From NCBI GenBank assembly GCA_032718475.1, contig JAUCBJ010004630.1:62001-126000 (forward strand): a stretch of 64,000 nucleotides of DNA, written 5' to 3'. Below are positions 41,609 to 54,502 of the stretch, one piece after another. The first letter of the stretch is position 1, and every line of letters begins with the position of its first letter. Source of the DNA: Nemertoderma westbladi (Eukaryota; Animalia; Xenacoelomorpha). The translations under genes were made by a program, and so were the position numbers. Under the pieces are notes generated by a model that did no database searches, was not told the DNA's origin, and saw only the letters and a list, made by a program, of their open reading frames with translations.

Positions 41609-43343
41609 TAAGTTTCTTTATTGCGCCGTAGGCAATAAAGTCGAATGTACCGGTCGGACGGTAAGCTGTAGGCCTAATCACCCGAACCGGTACTTACAGG
41701 TACAGCAGTATTATTTCGATTGTGATAATTATATACCGGTAGGTCTTAATATTTAATTGGGGACTGCAGCCCTGGTTTTTATTGTGATTTTACTTATTTC
41801 TGTCGGTTTTATTTATCTGTAAGTGTAATATTGAGCAGAAGGCGTGTAAGCCTGCTCAGATTGTATAAATAATTTGTAGGCGTGATTGTTGTCTAGCTGT
41901 TGTTGGGTCTGAGGCGATTGCCGTGTATGTAGAGTTTCTGTCCGATAAAGTGCTAGTTATGAAGGTGGGGGCATCCAGTGCTGTAAGGTAAATCCCCCCC
42001 CCCCCCCCCCCAAAAGAATAAGTCGTACTACTTGGTTAGAACGCCTACTAACTAACCATTTCGGAGTCTGCCTATACTGTAGTTTATTTGGGCTTGACAG
42101 TAGTCTGCCAGGATTTGGTCTGTGTTTTGTTTGAATAGTCTGCACGGCTAGCGTAATATTTATTATTCAGAGTTTATGCAAGTAATTACAATCTTCAAAC
42201 TCCCCAAGTTTACTCCTACAGTAATTGTGCTTGTTATACATACCGTTATAGCTAAATTAACCCCGGTACTACATCAGGACTGCTTGGCGTAGGTAAAGAC
42301 TGGTGATTTTGTGCTCCGGTCACTCCAGCAGATACCGTGGTTCTTTTGGCTGTTCACGTATATTTAACTGCTGGTTATTTGTTGTATAAGTACTTGTACC
42401 TAATTTAGGGTTTAGCGTACAGTGCTTTCCGAAAGTAATTTAGTGTGTGGGCAGTATATTTGTGTTGTAACATGGTTAATAGGCCCGTTAGCTCTGGTTG
42501 GCTTCGGTAATTAACCTCTAGGTAAGGACACACCGGGTACATAACGTAGTACTTATAGAGCTAAGACTATAAGTCGTCAGACGGTGGTATTTCCTTATCT
42601 GGACAATGCAACTTACTTACTCAGTTTGTAAAAACCAAAAATTCTAACCCCTTGTTAGACTGGTTTGTAGATTTCTTGTAAAATTACCCTAAAAATTGTA
42701 CGTGTTTCTTGTTTATTGTTTATTTAGAGATTGTAATCTCTACCTGTTTGTAAGTAATTTATAGTAATAAGTAACTTAGTAAAGTAGAATAATCTGTATT
42801 AGGGTCTAACAAGTAGCACTCCACTGAGAGCGTTCAGCTTCTGTGTAGTGACTCCTTATCCAGAAATAATAACATTTATTTCAAATATTGTCAAAACCCA
42901 TTGTACGGGTATATATATATAAATTTATAAATCAACTCAATCAGATTTATAAAATAGTAGGCCTGTCATAAATCAAATAGGTCTTAATATCAGTTGAACT
43001 ACTGCTTAATATCAGTAATAAAGAAAAGGAAAGTATCCCTAAATTTCAGAAATTTAGTTATTATTAAATAATTGACATTACCGGTATTTACGGTAAGTTT
43101 ATTATATTATATTTATATAAATTTAGGCTGAACTTATAGACTGGTATTCTGTGACTGATCCTAGTCTGTAATAATACTTATATATATACTATAAGTGTAT
43201 ACCGGTATTTTAATATATTATATATTACGTTACACTGAGTAACAGTATCGGTAACTAACTCCTACGCTTACAGTTGATACTGAATTACTAGACTTGCTTT
43301 AACTGTTGTTATAGTTGTAGGCATTCAACTGTAAACTACAATT

Positions 43344-46300
43344 ATGTCTGACACAAAGCAAACACTGTCAGATAGTCTCCTAGAAAGAACAATCTGTGAC
43401 CCAGATAAAAGCATCGAACATCTAAGACCAAAGTCCAAGTCCCCTCCTACTGTAAGAAAGGTCATCCCTACAGTAGTGGTATCAGACCCTAGGCTAGTAA
43501 AGCACCATAGGTCTATTATAGGCACTAGGGCTCAAGTTAATCGAGACCAAGAGACGGCTGTTAAATAGCAGCAGCACCCGAGCCAAGAACTTATTTCTCA
43601 ACGGCAGAATAACTCTAGTAGTTCCAACACTGAAGAGTTAATGCCTGAGATCGGAGCAAGGATGGCAGAAGCGGTGTATCCAGATCCACTTCTAATTCTT
43701 CCTGGAGCCGTACTCACGAGAGTATTGATCGCTATGGAGGAACATCAAGCCGATTGGACAAGAAATAAGTGATCGACCAGGGATAGTTATGCGGGATACA
43801 CAATGGAGGAACTAAGATCTATTGTCGAGACGCATTGGAACTTCACCAGACCCGGACTCCCGTTTAACTTATCGGAAGCTGCCTCATTGGTGCGATTAGA
43901 AGAACACCTAATTCAACAATGTCAAGGACCTCAAGAGCAGGGAGAGCTGCTTTATCAAGTGCGAGAACGAATCTTACGGATCAGATTAATACTTTCAGCC
44001 TTTGAGGAGTCCTCAAAGAGAAGCCAAGACACGTCGTTGCAAGTAGCTGTAAAGACTTGGTTCCAACGAGTGAGTGTTAAGGTCCAGGGAACGACACAAT
44101 GGAAAGTTCAGCTAACTGAGCGCATGATCCACGGAGAATCAACAGATGACACCCTTTCTCATGTGGAAGGAGAAGAGATATCCGAAAAACCTCAGAAGAA
44201 AGATGCTATTGACATCTATCCATCGGATTATCAATGATTTATAGGTGATAAAGAGCTAAGGAGACGGCTAGCTGGACTTCACCCCAATAGTGAGGGAACC
44301 AAATTCGTGTTAGATTCTTTAGATGCGGAAATATTAGCCTCAGAGCAGGCTAAATTTGATGAAAGCATCCTCATCGCTATGGACCAAGAAGAACAAATAA
44401 AGAAAAAGGCAAATAGAAGACCGAAGGTCAGCAGCAGTGGCAGAATCCGAAAGGAAGGCGGCATTGGCAGAATCTGAAAGGAAGGCGGCAGCGGCAGAGG
44501 CTGAAAGAAAAGCAGCAGCGGCAGAGGCTGAAAGAAAGGCGGCAGTGGCAGAAGCAGAACGGAAGGCATCTGAAGCGACAGCCCAACTGGAGTTGGAGAA
44601 CCTTCAGGCGAAGCAAGATTACTTAAATAAACAGAGAGCAGCTACTCAGATGCGACTACTGAGTCGATCCACTCCCAGAAGACAGGGATTTACCTCCTCC
44701 GATAAAGGTGATACAACTGATCCCGAGGGTAGAGGTAATAAATCTCGTTCAAGCGGACGTAGAAGAGTGCCATGCCGTCAGAAGTTACCTAATCTACCTC
44801 CTGTGGTGAGAAGGCAACTAACTAATGTAGATTTAAGTAATCAAGAGCCTACAGACCAAATTATAATTTGGTCTGTAGGCTCTTGATTACTTAAATCTTC
44901 TACTCTAATAATTATTAGAGTAGAAAGACTCCCTACAATAGTAGATGAGCCTATAATAATTAGGCCTGTCATTGAAGCCACTCCTGTGATAGAGACCCCT
45001 GTACTTCTAGAACCCAACTCTAAATTCCCTTTGCACAGTACTAAACTACCTGTGCCCAGTAGACAAGCCCCTGAATCACATACAGTCCTGGACACCGAGC
45101 AAGACATAAATGAGTTGTCTCCCGTCGTCCCTATGCGTCACCCGGCTACCAAGTTGGTGGCTCCCGCTTCAACGGTTGAGTGGGTGGACGAGGGACAACG
45201 GGGGATGAATCGTCTTCTCTTACAGCTGGAAGATACCAAAACCCGGGCATCCAGGCAAGTCCGAGAATAGGAAGGGACTGTTCAGCTGTTAAAGGGCACA
45301 GTGAGAGAGAGAGTAGGTTAGAGTTACAGGAGATACAACAAAGTATCGCTTTAGAGCGTGATAAATTAGTAAATATACAAATGGGTATACCACCACCCCC
45401 TGTAACAATGTGTCAACCCGTTAGGTCTGAAGTATTTCATGCGCAAGGTGTGGAGCCTACACGCATCTATACTGCTCATGAAGTAGAAACTGCTATAGTA
45501 AACCCTATTAAGGGTAATTATAAACCTGTTGATAATGATATCCCTTACAAGTCTGATTATAATCCAAGAAATTTATATACCGATAACTCGATATTAAATA
45601 ATACGATGGCTCAAGAAAGTTTTACACGTCAAATGGCTAGAACCAAAGCCCGTCAAGCAGTAAAGGTGGGAGAGGTCTGTCAAGTTCAATGGAGATGAGA
45701 TGAAAAGGTTACCTTTTAATCAATATTATAAAGATAACATACAGAACTCTGTACTATCTAACGGAGAGAAACTTAGATTCCTCATCGAGTGCTTGGAAGG
45801 ACCTCCCAAGTTAATGGCATTAAAGTTTATTGGACATATCAGAGTTTATTGGATTAAGGCAAGTTTGGGATACACTAAACATCAGGTATGGTAATAGGAC
45901 TAACATAGTTAGGTATTTGTATGCGAAATTAGTAGCACCCCGAAAGTTTCTTAGCAGTGGGATTATAGAGTTTTCCGATGAGATTCAAGAGATCTGTAGA
46001 CAGCTAGATTGGTTAGGTAAGTCTCAGGAATACCAGAGTTCTATGGTTGTTGGAGCCGTAGCATCTACTTTGCCAAAGGGTGGAGTAGGTTCTCGCTGGG
46101 ACAAAAAGGTTCTCTATATGATGGACCAGCAACAAAGAGACCCTACCATGGCTGATCTCATGTCGTTCTTAAATGGAGAGGTAAGATTACAGCTCCTAAA
46201 GCAGTCCAGAGAGAAGACACCGGAAAGTAAGGTGAGTGTAAAACCCGTTTCTAGGAGAAAGATAACACCAGTGTGTTATATGGACGATGGCAAAAGCCAA

Positions 46301-49300
46301 ACCTTATACGAGGAGAACAGCGGTAAGGACACCGAAAGATCTTATTATGTCAATAAAAAGAGGAAAGACGTAAGTAAATCTAATTCTCGAGCCAGTGACA
46401 GGAGAGAACAGGTAGCAACTCCTCCTATGTCTCCTAAGAGAATTCATGGAAGAAAGCCCGAGGAAAGAACAAGTGTGCACAACACAACACAGGTTAAAGT
46501 AAGTAACATCAAGCCCAAATGTACATTGTGCAACGGGCCACATCGCTTGAGTGGGTGTGATGAATTCTTGAAGAAATCTTTGAAGGATAGACGTGATGTC
46601 ATGTGGGATAAGCGGTTGTGTTATAATTGCCTCAGACGAGGACATCAGCAACGGACCTGTTACTCAGACGCGAGGTGTGCTAAGTGCGGTGCAAAACATC
46701 ACATCTTGCTGCACACCGAATTTGACAGAACCCGCACGAGTCAGGTAAGTGAGCCCGAACTACATGTCCAATTCAGTGATGTGAACGACACTGACCACAG
46801 CTCTGAGATGAAAGGATTCTACACGGACGAATTCTCCGACGAAAATTAATCCTGTTATATGATAAATACCGCTGTGTATCGAGCACTTACGTATGAGACT
46901 GAATCGGAAACGGAAAATCCTCTACTGACTATTCCGGACCGACAACCATCTTGGAAAGCACCAACTTCCTCCATCGGAATCCGGGAATTTCCTGTGGTGC
47001 AGCTGAGAGTCCATGGGCTAGGGAAGAGCCTGATAGTAAATGCCCTCCTTGACTCTGGCAGCACAGGTACTTTCATTGACAAAGAACTAGCTGAAGACAT
47101 CTTCGCTGGACAACCCAAGTTCTGAACTAAGTTAAACCTTTCCGGAATTATGCAGGTTTGGAAATCCACAGTAGCTACAGATTACTACATGGGTGCATTG
47201 TCCACTCCCCAAGATGAACTAGGAGAACATAGCGTAAGGTCGGTAAAAATGATAGCGATAAAGAACTTTGCTACTAGCCAAGTGGAACCTTACAACTGGG
47301 ATGAACACCATTTTACCCAGCAATATAATATACATAGATTCAACACTGACTATCCAGGGGTGCAGATCTTAATCGGGCAAAACGCACACAAGGCGCTTGA
47401 GACATTAGAAAAACGGCCTGCTCGACCGCAACCACTACAAACGTACGCGGGAATAACAAGAGTAGGTTGGTACTTCACTGGACCTTCCCGTAGAACATTA
47501 ATGGAAAGACTCCCTAATTAAAGAATACATCAGGTGAGTGAATGGGAAGAATACATCAGTGAGGGAGAAACCCCAACTGAGGAAACTCCATACTCCTCAG
47601 ATAACGACGATATCAATAATTTATATGATGAGGAAAATTCCATCGATATCCTCACTGAGAACCAAACTTGGCTAAACCAAGTCGATCTATGTCATCTTAT
47701 CCATCAACCAAACAAATCGTTAAGGTATAATGATGAATTAAACGCAGTGGTGGATAGATACAATGATAAACTACGCAATGAACATGCCGTAAGATTCTTC
47801 ACTCAATAAGCCGTAGAGCCTAATTCCTACGACAAGGCTTTATCTGTTGAAGAAGAGAGAGCCAAGCAGATTCAGGAAACGACTACACGTTATCTGAAGG
47901 ATGAAGGTCGCTACGAGATTGGTCTTTCGTTCCGACGGCAAGAACCCAGCTTTATAAATAACCGACCTTTAGCAGAAAAAAGAATCGCTCAACTACATCG
48001 GCATCTGACGGCTAACGTTCAAGCCAGGGAAATGTATAAAACCCAGCTGAAGAAATTTATTGATAAGGGATACGCGGAGCGAGTTCCGGAAGTAACACCC
48101 ATAACAAAGAGAAGGTATTATCTAACACATCATTACGTTCCCAAGCCCGGTAAACCCAACGAAGTCCGGGTAGTGTTTGACGGCTTTGCCCTTTACATGG
48201 GTCAATCCCTGAATTCCAAACTGTTGCCGGGACCCAACTTAATCCAATCTTTGTTGGGAATATTATTAAGACTGCGGCAATATTCTATCGCGTTCGCTTC
48301 GGACATAGAAGGCATGTTCTTACAAGTCAAGGCGCTGGATAGGGATCGAGACAGCCTACAATTTCTGTGGTGGCCTGAAGGAGACCTCAACCAAAAACCG
48401 GAGGAGTACTGGATGACCATCCAGGCTTTCGGAATCATCTCGAGCCCCTCGAACGCTTGTTCGGTGGTGCGTACCACTGCCGACGACAACCGAGACGCCT
48501 TCTCTAAAGCGGTTATCGACAACATCAAATGGGATATATACATGGACGACAATTTAAAGTCCCTCCCATCGGTGGAAGAAGCCATTGATGTTGCCAAGGG
48601 AACGGTAGAGTGCTTGAAACGCGGTGGATTTTGACTAACCAAATTCACTAGTAACTCCCGTGAGTTTCTGGAATCGATCCCGGTAGAAGACAGAGGTGTT
48701 GAAGATCTTGACCTCATCAAGGACGATCTTCCGGAATCCAAGACACTTGGCTTAAAATGGGACATGGAGAGAGATATCTTGTTTTTCCAGTTAAAACAGA
48801 GAGATAATCCAGTTAGAACCAAACGGATTTTTCTAAGTATCCTGAGCACTTATTTCGATCCATTGGGATTTATTAGCCCAGTTATATTAGTTGCTCGGAG
48901 CTTAGTCCAACAAATGTGGCTCGAAAACCACTCGTGGGATGATCCACTTAAGGGAGAACTACTAAATAAGTGGATGAAATGGGAGGATTCTCCACCATCC
49001 ATCAAGAACTTTACGATTTCCCGTTCATATTTTGGTCACGTTCTTCCCACATATTCCTATCAACTCCATGTATTTAGAGATGCCAGCGATATGGGAATAG
49101 ATATAGTAGCCTACCTGAGGGTTGAAACTCCAGATGGAATTAAAGTTGCCTTGGTTACCTCTAAGGCCTTGATAAACAACAAACTACGAGTTCCTCGAGC
49201 GGAGTTAAAGGCGGCTCTATACGCTACAGCCATTGGCCGGAATGTAACAGAACAGATCGACTATCTACTGGAGAAAACTGTCTATTGGACCGATGCTTTA

Positions 49301-50756
49301 CTCATTCTGGAGTATGTAACAAATGAAGTCTGTCAGTTCAGCGTCTTCGTTACAAACAGAGTAGCCATTATACATAGTCGCTCTAATGTAGATCAATGGA
49401 GACATTGCCCGGGGACGATTAATCCAGCCGACATCGCCTTCCGAGGAGCAACTCCTCAAGAACTGATAGATACTCCAGACTGGTTAAGTGGACCCGACTT
49501 CCTAAGTAAAGAAGAGGATGAATGGCCTTCTCATCTCACCACGGCTGAGATTAGACAAGCCAAGGGAGCGGAGAAAGTCAAACCTAAAATCCGGACGAGT
49601 AAATCAAAGTTATTTAAACCCGTGATAGATCTGTCTGTACTACACATCTCCGGGGACGACGCTGTGGATCTAAACTCCCCCACCACGAATAAATCTGTTG
49701 TAGAAATCAGAGAAAGAGACTGGAAATCTGGAACACCAGATGTCTCGCCAGCACTCTCCCCTCTCCTGCAGAGAGCAATAGATCACTATAGCTCCTGGAA
49801 TCGGCTTTGCAAGGCTGTTGTGTATCTGAAAAGATGTTTCCATCATCACTGTTCCAGGACGAATATCGCTAGTGATACCGCTCCAATAATATCCGAAAAG
49901 GTCCATTAAAAGGGCTATTAAAGACCTTCCCGCTTATAAAGTGTCTGATAGGTTTCTGACTGAGAAGATCAGTTACCAAGAGCATGAAGATACCAATAAG
50001 CAGATACTGAGACTCCTGCAATACTATGAAGATTCCGATAAGTATTTCCTGTTGTTGAGAAATCCACAGATGCGCTTAAGGGATCGTTTCTCTAGCACAA
50101 TGATAGATGGGTTAATACGTGTCAGAGGGAGATTAACTAATGCTCCATTGTCCTTTGACACTAAATTTCCCATACTCATTAGAAATCTTGAAATACAAAT
50201 CAAGATGATTGTAGATGTTCACAGTAGACTTTACCATGCTGGTAGAGAACAAGTTCTTAGCAAAACTAACTCGAACTCGCTATTATTTCCATAAGCCCCG
50301 TAGAGCTCTGAACCAAGTTCTTAGAAACTGTATACCCTGTAGAAAAGCATTTAGTTGGCCTTTAACACAGAGAGAGGCAGAATTACCTAGGGAACGAGTA
50401 AGCTTCTATGAACCACCCTTTACTAATACTGGCATGGATTTATTTGGCCCTATTGAAGTATATCGTGCTAGGACTATAGTCAAGCAATGGTGTGTCATCT
50501 TTGTCTGTATGACGTGTATATAGAGCGATCCATCTAGATATGGTGAACGATCTATCTACCAACAGCTTCATACTGAGTTTACGCCGACAGATTGCTCGTT
50601 TTGGAACTAGCAACACCATGAGATCCGACAAAGGAACGAACTTCATTGGCGCCAATAATGAGATCAAAGCTTACGTGAAAGATTGGAACCAAAGACAGGT
50701 GGACGGTCAGCTAAGGATAACAGCATCTAGCTGGACCATCAACACCGCCGACGCCC
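43344..50756 (+). pseudogene. BEL/Pao gag-pol pseudogene, copy 1 (Gag, 3 Zn knuckles, protease, RT, RNase H, integrase interrupted)
   Basis: BEL-type knuckles CTLCNGPHRLSGC, CYNCLRRGHQQRTC, CAKCGAKHHILLH; protease ALLDSGS; RT YLTHHYV, VRVVFDG, PGPNL, DIEGMFLQV, YMDD; RNase H FDPLG, DAS, PRAEL, YWTD, WRHCPGTINPAD; integrase H-H-C-C, GMDLFGP, RSDKGTNF. Many stops and frameshifts. Confidence 0.96.
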
Positions 50757-52223
50757 TGTAAAAGCTTTTGCGGACATAACAAGTCATTTTTCCCCACAAT
50801 GTACCGTGTAGGTGCTTTGGCGGACATAACAAGTCATTTTTGCCGCAATGCGCATAATACTCTAAAAGATTGGACCTCAGATGACGAAATCTGTCAGCTA
50901 CTACTACTAGGATCGGCATGCTGCATTGCAGCTGCATTTTTAAGAATGCTGTGCCGGCTTGTCAACAAAATTGCACCGCCACAACTCCCTATCACCCATG
51001 ACATTTGCTAGATCATCCACATCTTTAAGGCCAGTGTCCTTTAAGATGCGTCTCAAGAAAGTCATGGGCTGTCCACCTTGCTTATTCACACCATGAGGCT
51101 GCCAAAGTACAAGATTATGCACTGGCTGGTCCTCACGGCGAAAGCAATGTCCTGCAAAGCGGAGGCGATTTTGTTCTAGTGTCAAGCTTGGGGGAACCAA
51201 TGAGACACCTCCAATGTTATATCTGTCAGCTGATTTCCTGTAGACGTGGAACCTCCTTGTTCTATTCAGCCAATCAGAGCGATTTTTACTTTATGTTGGA
51301 CAAGGGCCTATGGAAAACCGTGCAATGCATTACGGTCTTGGTTTTACCTTTCTAAGCCTAAGAACCGGCTTGGAAATCTTCTGTACTTCTGTTGTAGAAG
51401 TTTCAGACTTTAGCCTAAACATCTGATGGCTTTGATTACAAGAACGTAAAACTATTAACTGAATCACTGAAACGCATCACATCGCATCACACCGCAATTC
51501 AACATTGCTGCACATGGAACACTGCATAAGTAACACATACTGACTGTTCACCGCATTATTTTGCTTCTGTTATTAATTGGTGTTATGTTAATTGTATATT
51601 GCTGATTTATTTGGAGAATACCGATGAATAATCATAAAACCCCCAATCTTCTTGATTACTGAAGGTGAGAGGAACAGGTTTACCGGTAGCAGCAACTGCG
51701 ACTTACATTATAGTGGTTTTTTGTGTGAATTAAATGCTATTTCATAATCCCTACATGTGTCAGTTGCGATCCTCCTTATATATGATCAAATTCAGTGACG
51801 GTCGGCAGATCAGTGCGAAGTAGTGTGAAGTAGTGTGAAGGTTAATAAAGCATCTCCTAAAGAATGCGCTTTTTACGAAACTTTTTGGCCATCTAGTTGT
51901 GATTAGTATAAGTCATAACTCTGTTTTTATACTTAAAGCACCACGTCCTAAAGGAACTGTTAATATTTCCCCGAAAGTAAATATATTGTCAGAGATTATA
52001 TAGTAACGATCAATCGAATAATACCGTAGGTCTACCCCGCAATCACTATCAAGGCATCCGAATCCAGTCTCCCTTAACTGTGGGTGAATGATCGCACACA
52101 GACTGGCTTCGGCGAATGTAACTTCAGTACACTAAATAATTGTTATAGGCTAAAGTCGATTTATAAACTAGAGGACAACTAAAATTGGCAGGTTAAACTG
52201 CTAAAGGTCTAAAAGCGCGAACA
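50757..52223 (+). repeat. LTR2: 5' LTR of a sister element inserted in the integrase of copy 1
   Basis: TGTAAAAGCTTTTGCGGAC begins mid-integrase (after WTINTADA) and ends ...AAAAGCGCGAACA at 52223; contains a short internal duplication (about 50765-50850) and an RTE insertion. Confidence 0.92.
50900..51220 (-). mobile_element. 5'-truncated RTE LINE 3' end inserted in LTR2
   Basis: RLRFAGHCFRREDQPV..LVLWQP..DRELWR, typical of an RTE C-terminus; (TAG)n tail; 11-bp TSD ATCTGTCAGCT at 50889-50899 and 51221-51231; the site is empty in LTR1. Confidence 0.92.
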
Positions 52224-52458
52224 TTAATAGTTTTAAACACTTGATTGCACAGTAGGCAATAAATATTTTTTCTATTGTTCTGGTAAGAACAATAATAGAT
52301 TTTTTGTTTCTTTATTGCACCATAGGCAATAAAGTCTAAGGTACCGGTCGGACGGTGAACTGTAGACCTAACTGCCCAACTACCCGAACCGGTACTTACA
52401 GGTACAACAGTATTATTCGATTTTAATAATTATATACCGGTAGGTCTTGATATTTAAT

Positions 52459-52884
52459 GGTGTAATATTATGGGTTTGTTCAGAAGTGGAAAAAATGGGA
52501 GCGCGTCACCGGGGGTTGAACCAGCGCTATACGCACGTTTCGGCCTAACAGGCCTCATTAGTAGCGATAACCAGCTCAGCCACTAGCCCCTGACACTCGC
52601 AATCCCACCTAATCCACTTCTATTGAACGGGCAGTCTTAAGTTGCAAATATTCTATCTCTAACAGCGGACCTAACGGCCTCAAGTATGCTAGAGTGAAAC
52701 AGGAGGGAAGTACAAATAAATAAATAAATATTCAGCTCGGTATTGCTGCCAGGTGATATTGATTAAATAAATTGGAGATGAGCTGTTGCAACTGTAATTA
52801 AAGGTGTAATATTATGGGTTTGTTCATCCCATAATATTACACCTTTAATTACAGTTGCAACAGCTCATCTCCAATTTATTTAAT
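52459..52884 (-). mobile_element. Penelope-like element fragment (pLTR-type, with inverted duplication) in the leader of copy 2
   Basis: Absent from copy 1; flanked by TGATATTTAAT / TGATATATAAT (TSD-like, 1 mismatch); 24-bp direct repeat at 52459-52482 and 52803-52826; 57-bp inverted arms at 52762-52818 and 52828-52884; contains a hammerhead motif. Confidence 0.7.
52525..52566 (-). ncRNA. Minimal type I hammerhead ribozyme motif with a core mutation
   Basis: Minus strand: CGCTA-CTAATGA-GGCC-tgtta-GGCC-GAA-ACG-tg-CGT-A-TAGCG. Stems I, II and III all pair; cleavage triplet GUA; core reads CUAAUGA instead of CUGAUGA. Confidence 0.8.
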
Positions 52885-54502
52885 TGATATATAATCAGGG
52901 ACGGACGCCCTGGTTTTTATTGGGATTTTACTTATTTCTGTCAGTTTTATTTATCTGTAAGTGTAATATTGAGCAGAAGGCGTGTAATCCTGCTCAGATT
53001 GTATAAATAATTTGTAGGCCGGATTGTTGTCTGACTGTTGTTAGGTCTGAAGCGATTGCAGTGTGTGTAGAGTGTATGTCCGATAAAGTGCTAGTTAGGA
53101 AGGTGGGGGCATCCAGTGTTGTAAGGTAAATCCCCCCGAAAGAATAAGCCGACTACTCGGATAGAATGCCTACTAACTAACCATTTCGGAGTCTGCATAT
53201 ACTGTAGTTTATTTAGGCTTGACAGTAGTCTGCCAGCATTTGGTCTGTGTTTTGTTTGTATAGTCTGCATGGGTACCGTAATATTTATTATTCGGAGTCT
53301 ATGCGAGTATTCGCAACCTACCACCCCCCAAGTTTATTCCTACAGTAATTGTGCTTGTTATACATACTGTTATAGTTAAATTAAACCCGGTACTACATCA
53401 GGGCTGCTTGGCGTAGGTAAAGACTGGTGATTTTGTGCTCCGGTCACTCCAGCAGATACCGTGGTTCTTTTAGCTGTTCAAGTATATTTAACTGCTGGTT
53501 ATTTGTTGTATAAGTACTTGTACCTAATTTATGGTTTAGAGTACAGTGCTTTCCGAAAGTAATTAGTGTGTAGGCAGTATATTTGTGTTGTAAAGTGGTT
53601 AATAGGCACGTTAGCTCTGGTTGGCTGTGGTAATTAACTTCTAGGTAAGGACACTCCGGGTACATAACGTAGTACTTATAGAGCTAAGACTATAAGTCGT
53701 CAGACGGTGGTATTTTCTTATCTGGACAACGCAATTTACTTAGTACTGCTTTATTATTTTCAAATACCGTAGTAACCTGCCAGTTGGTAAGAACCAGAAA
53801 TTCTAACTCCTTGTTAAGCTGGTTTGTAGATTTCTTGTAAAATTACCCTAAAAAATTGTATGTGTAACCTTTTAGTGTTTATTTAGAGATTGTAATCTCA
53901 AACTGTAATAGTAAGTAATTTGTAGTGATAAGTAACTTAGTAAAGTAGAATTATTCGTTTTAGTATCCAACAAGTAGCACTCCACTGAGAGCGTTCAGCT
54001 TCTGTGTAGTGACTCCTTACCCAGAAATAATAACATTCATTTCAAACATTGTCAAAACCCATTGTGCGGGTATATATATATTATAAATCAACTCAAACCA
54101 ATTTATAAAATAGTAGGCCTGTTATACATCAATTAGGTCTTAATATCAGTTGGACTACTGCTTAATAACAGTAATAAAGCAAAGGAAAGTAACCCCTAAA
54201 ATTCAGAAATTCAGTTATTATAAAATAATTGACATTACCGGTATTTAAGGTAGGCTTATTATATTTATTTATATAAATTTAGGCTGAAATTATATACCGG
54301 TATTCTGTGACTAAACCTAGTCTGTAATAATACTTATATCTATACTATAAGTGTATACCGGTATTTTAATATATTATATATATATCACGTTACACTGAGT
54401 GACAGTATCGGTAACTAATTACTAGGCTTACAGTGGATACTGAATTACTAGATTTACTTTAACTGTCGTTATAGTAGTAGGCATTCAACTGAAAAATCAA
54501 AC

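Noticed and set aside
41961-42011. GTGGGGGCA shared with the satellite, and an 18-C run
   Set aside because: A 9-nt match is expected by chance; the C run is 5 nt in copy 2, consistent with slippage or homopolymer error.
44279-44616. Antisense Leu/Pro- or Cys-rich ORFs (also 55632-55837 and others opposite pol)
   Set aside because: Shadow frames of the AAEAERK repeats and of gag-pol.
52904-52910. CGCCC matching the 5 bp before LTR2, as a possible TSD
   Set aside because: It does not follow an LTR end and is homologous to ordinary leader sequence in copy 1 (about 41768).
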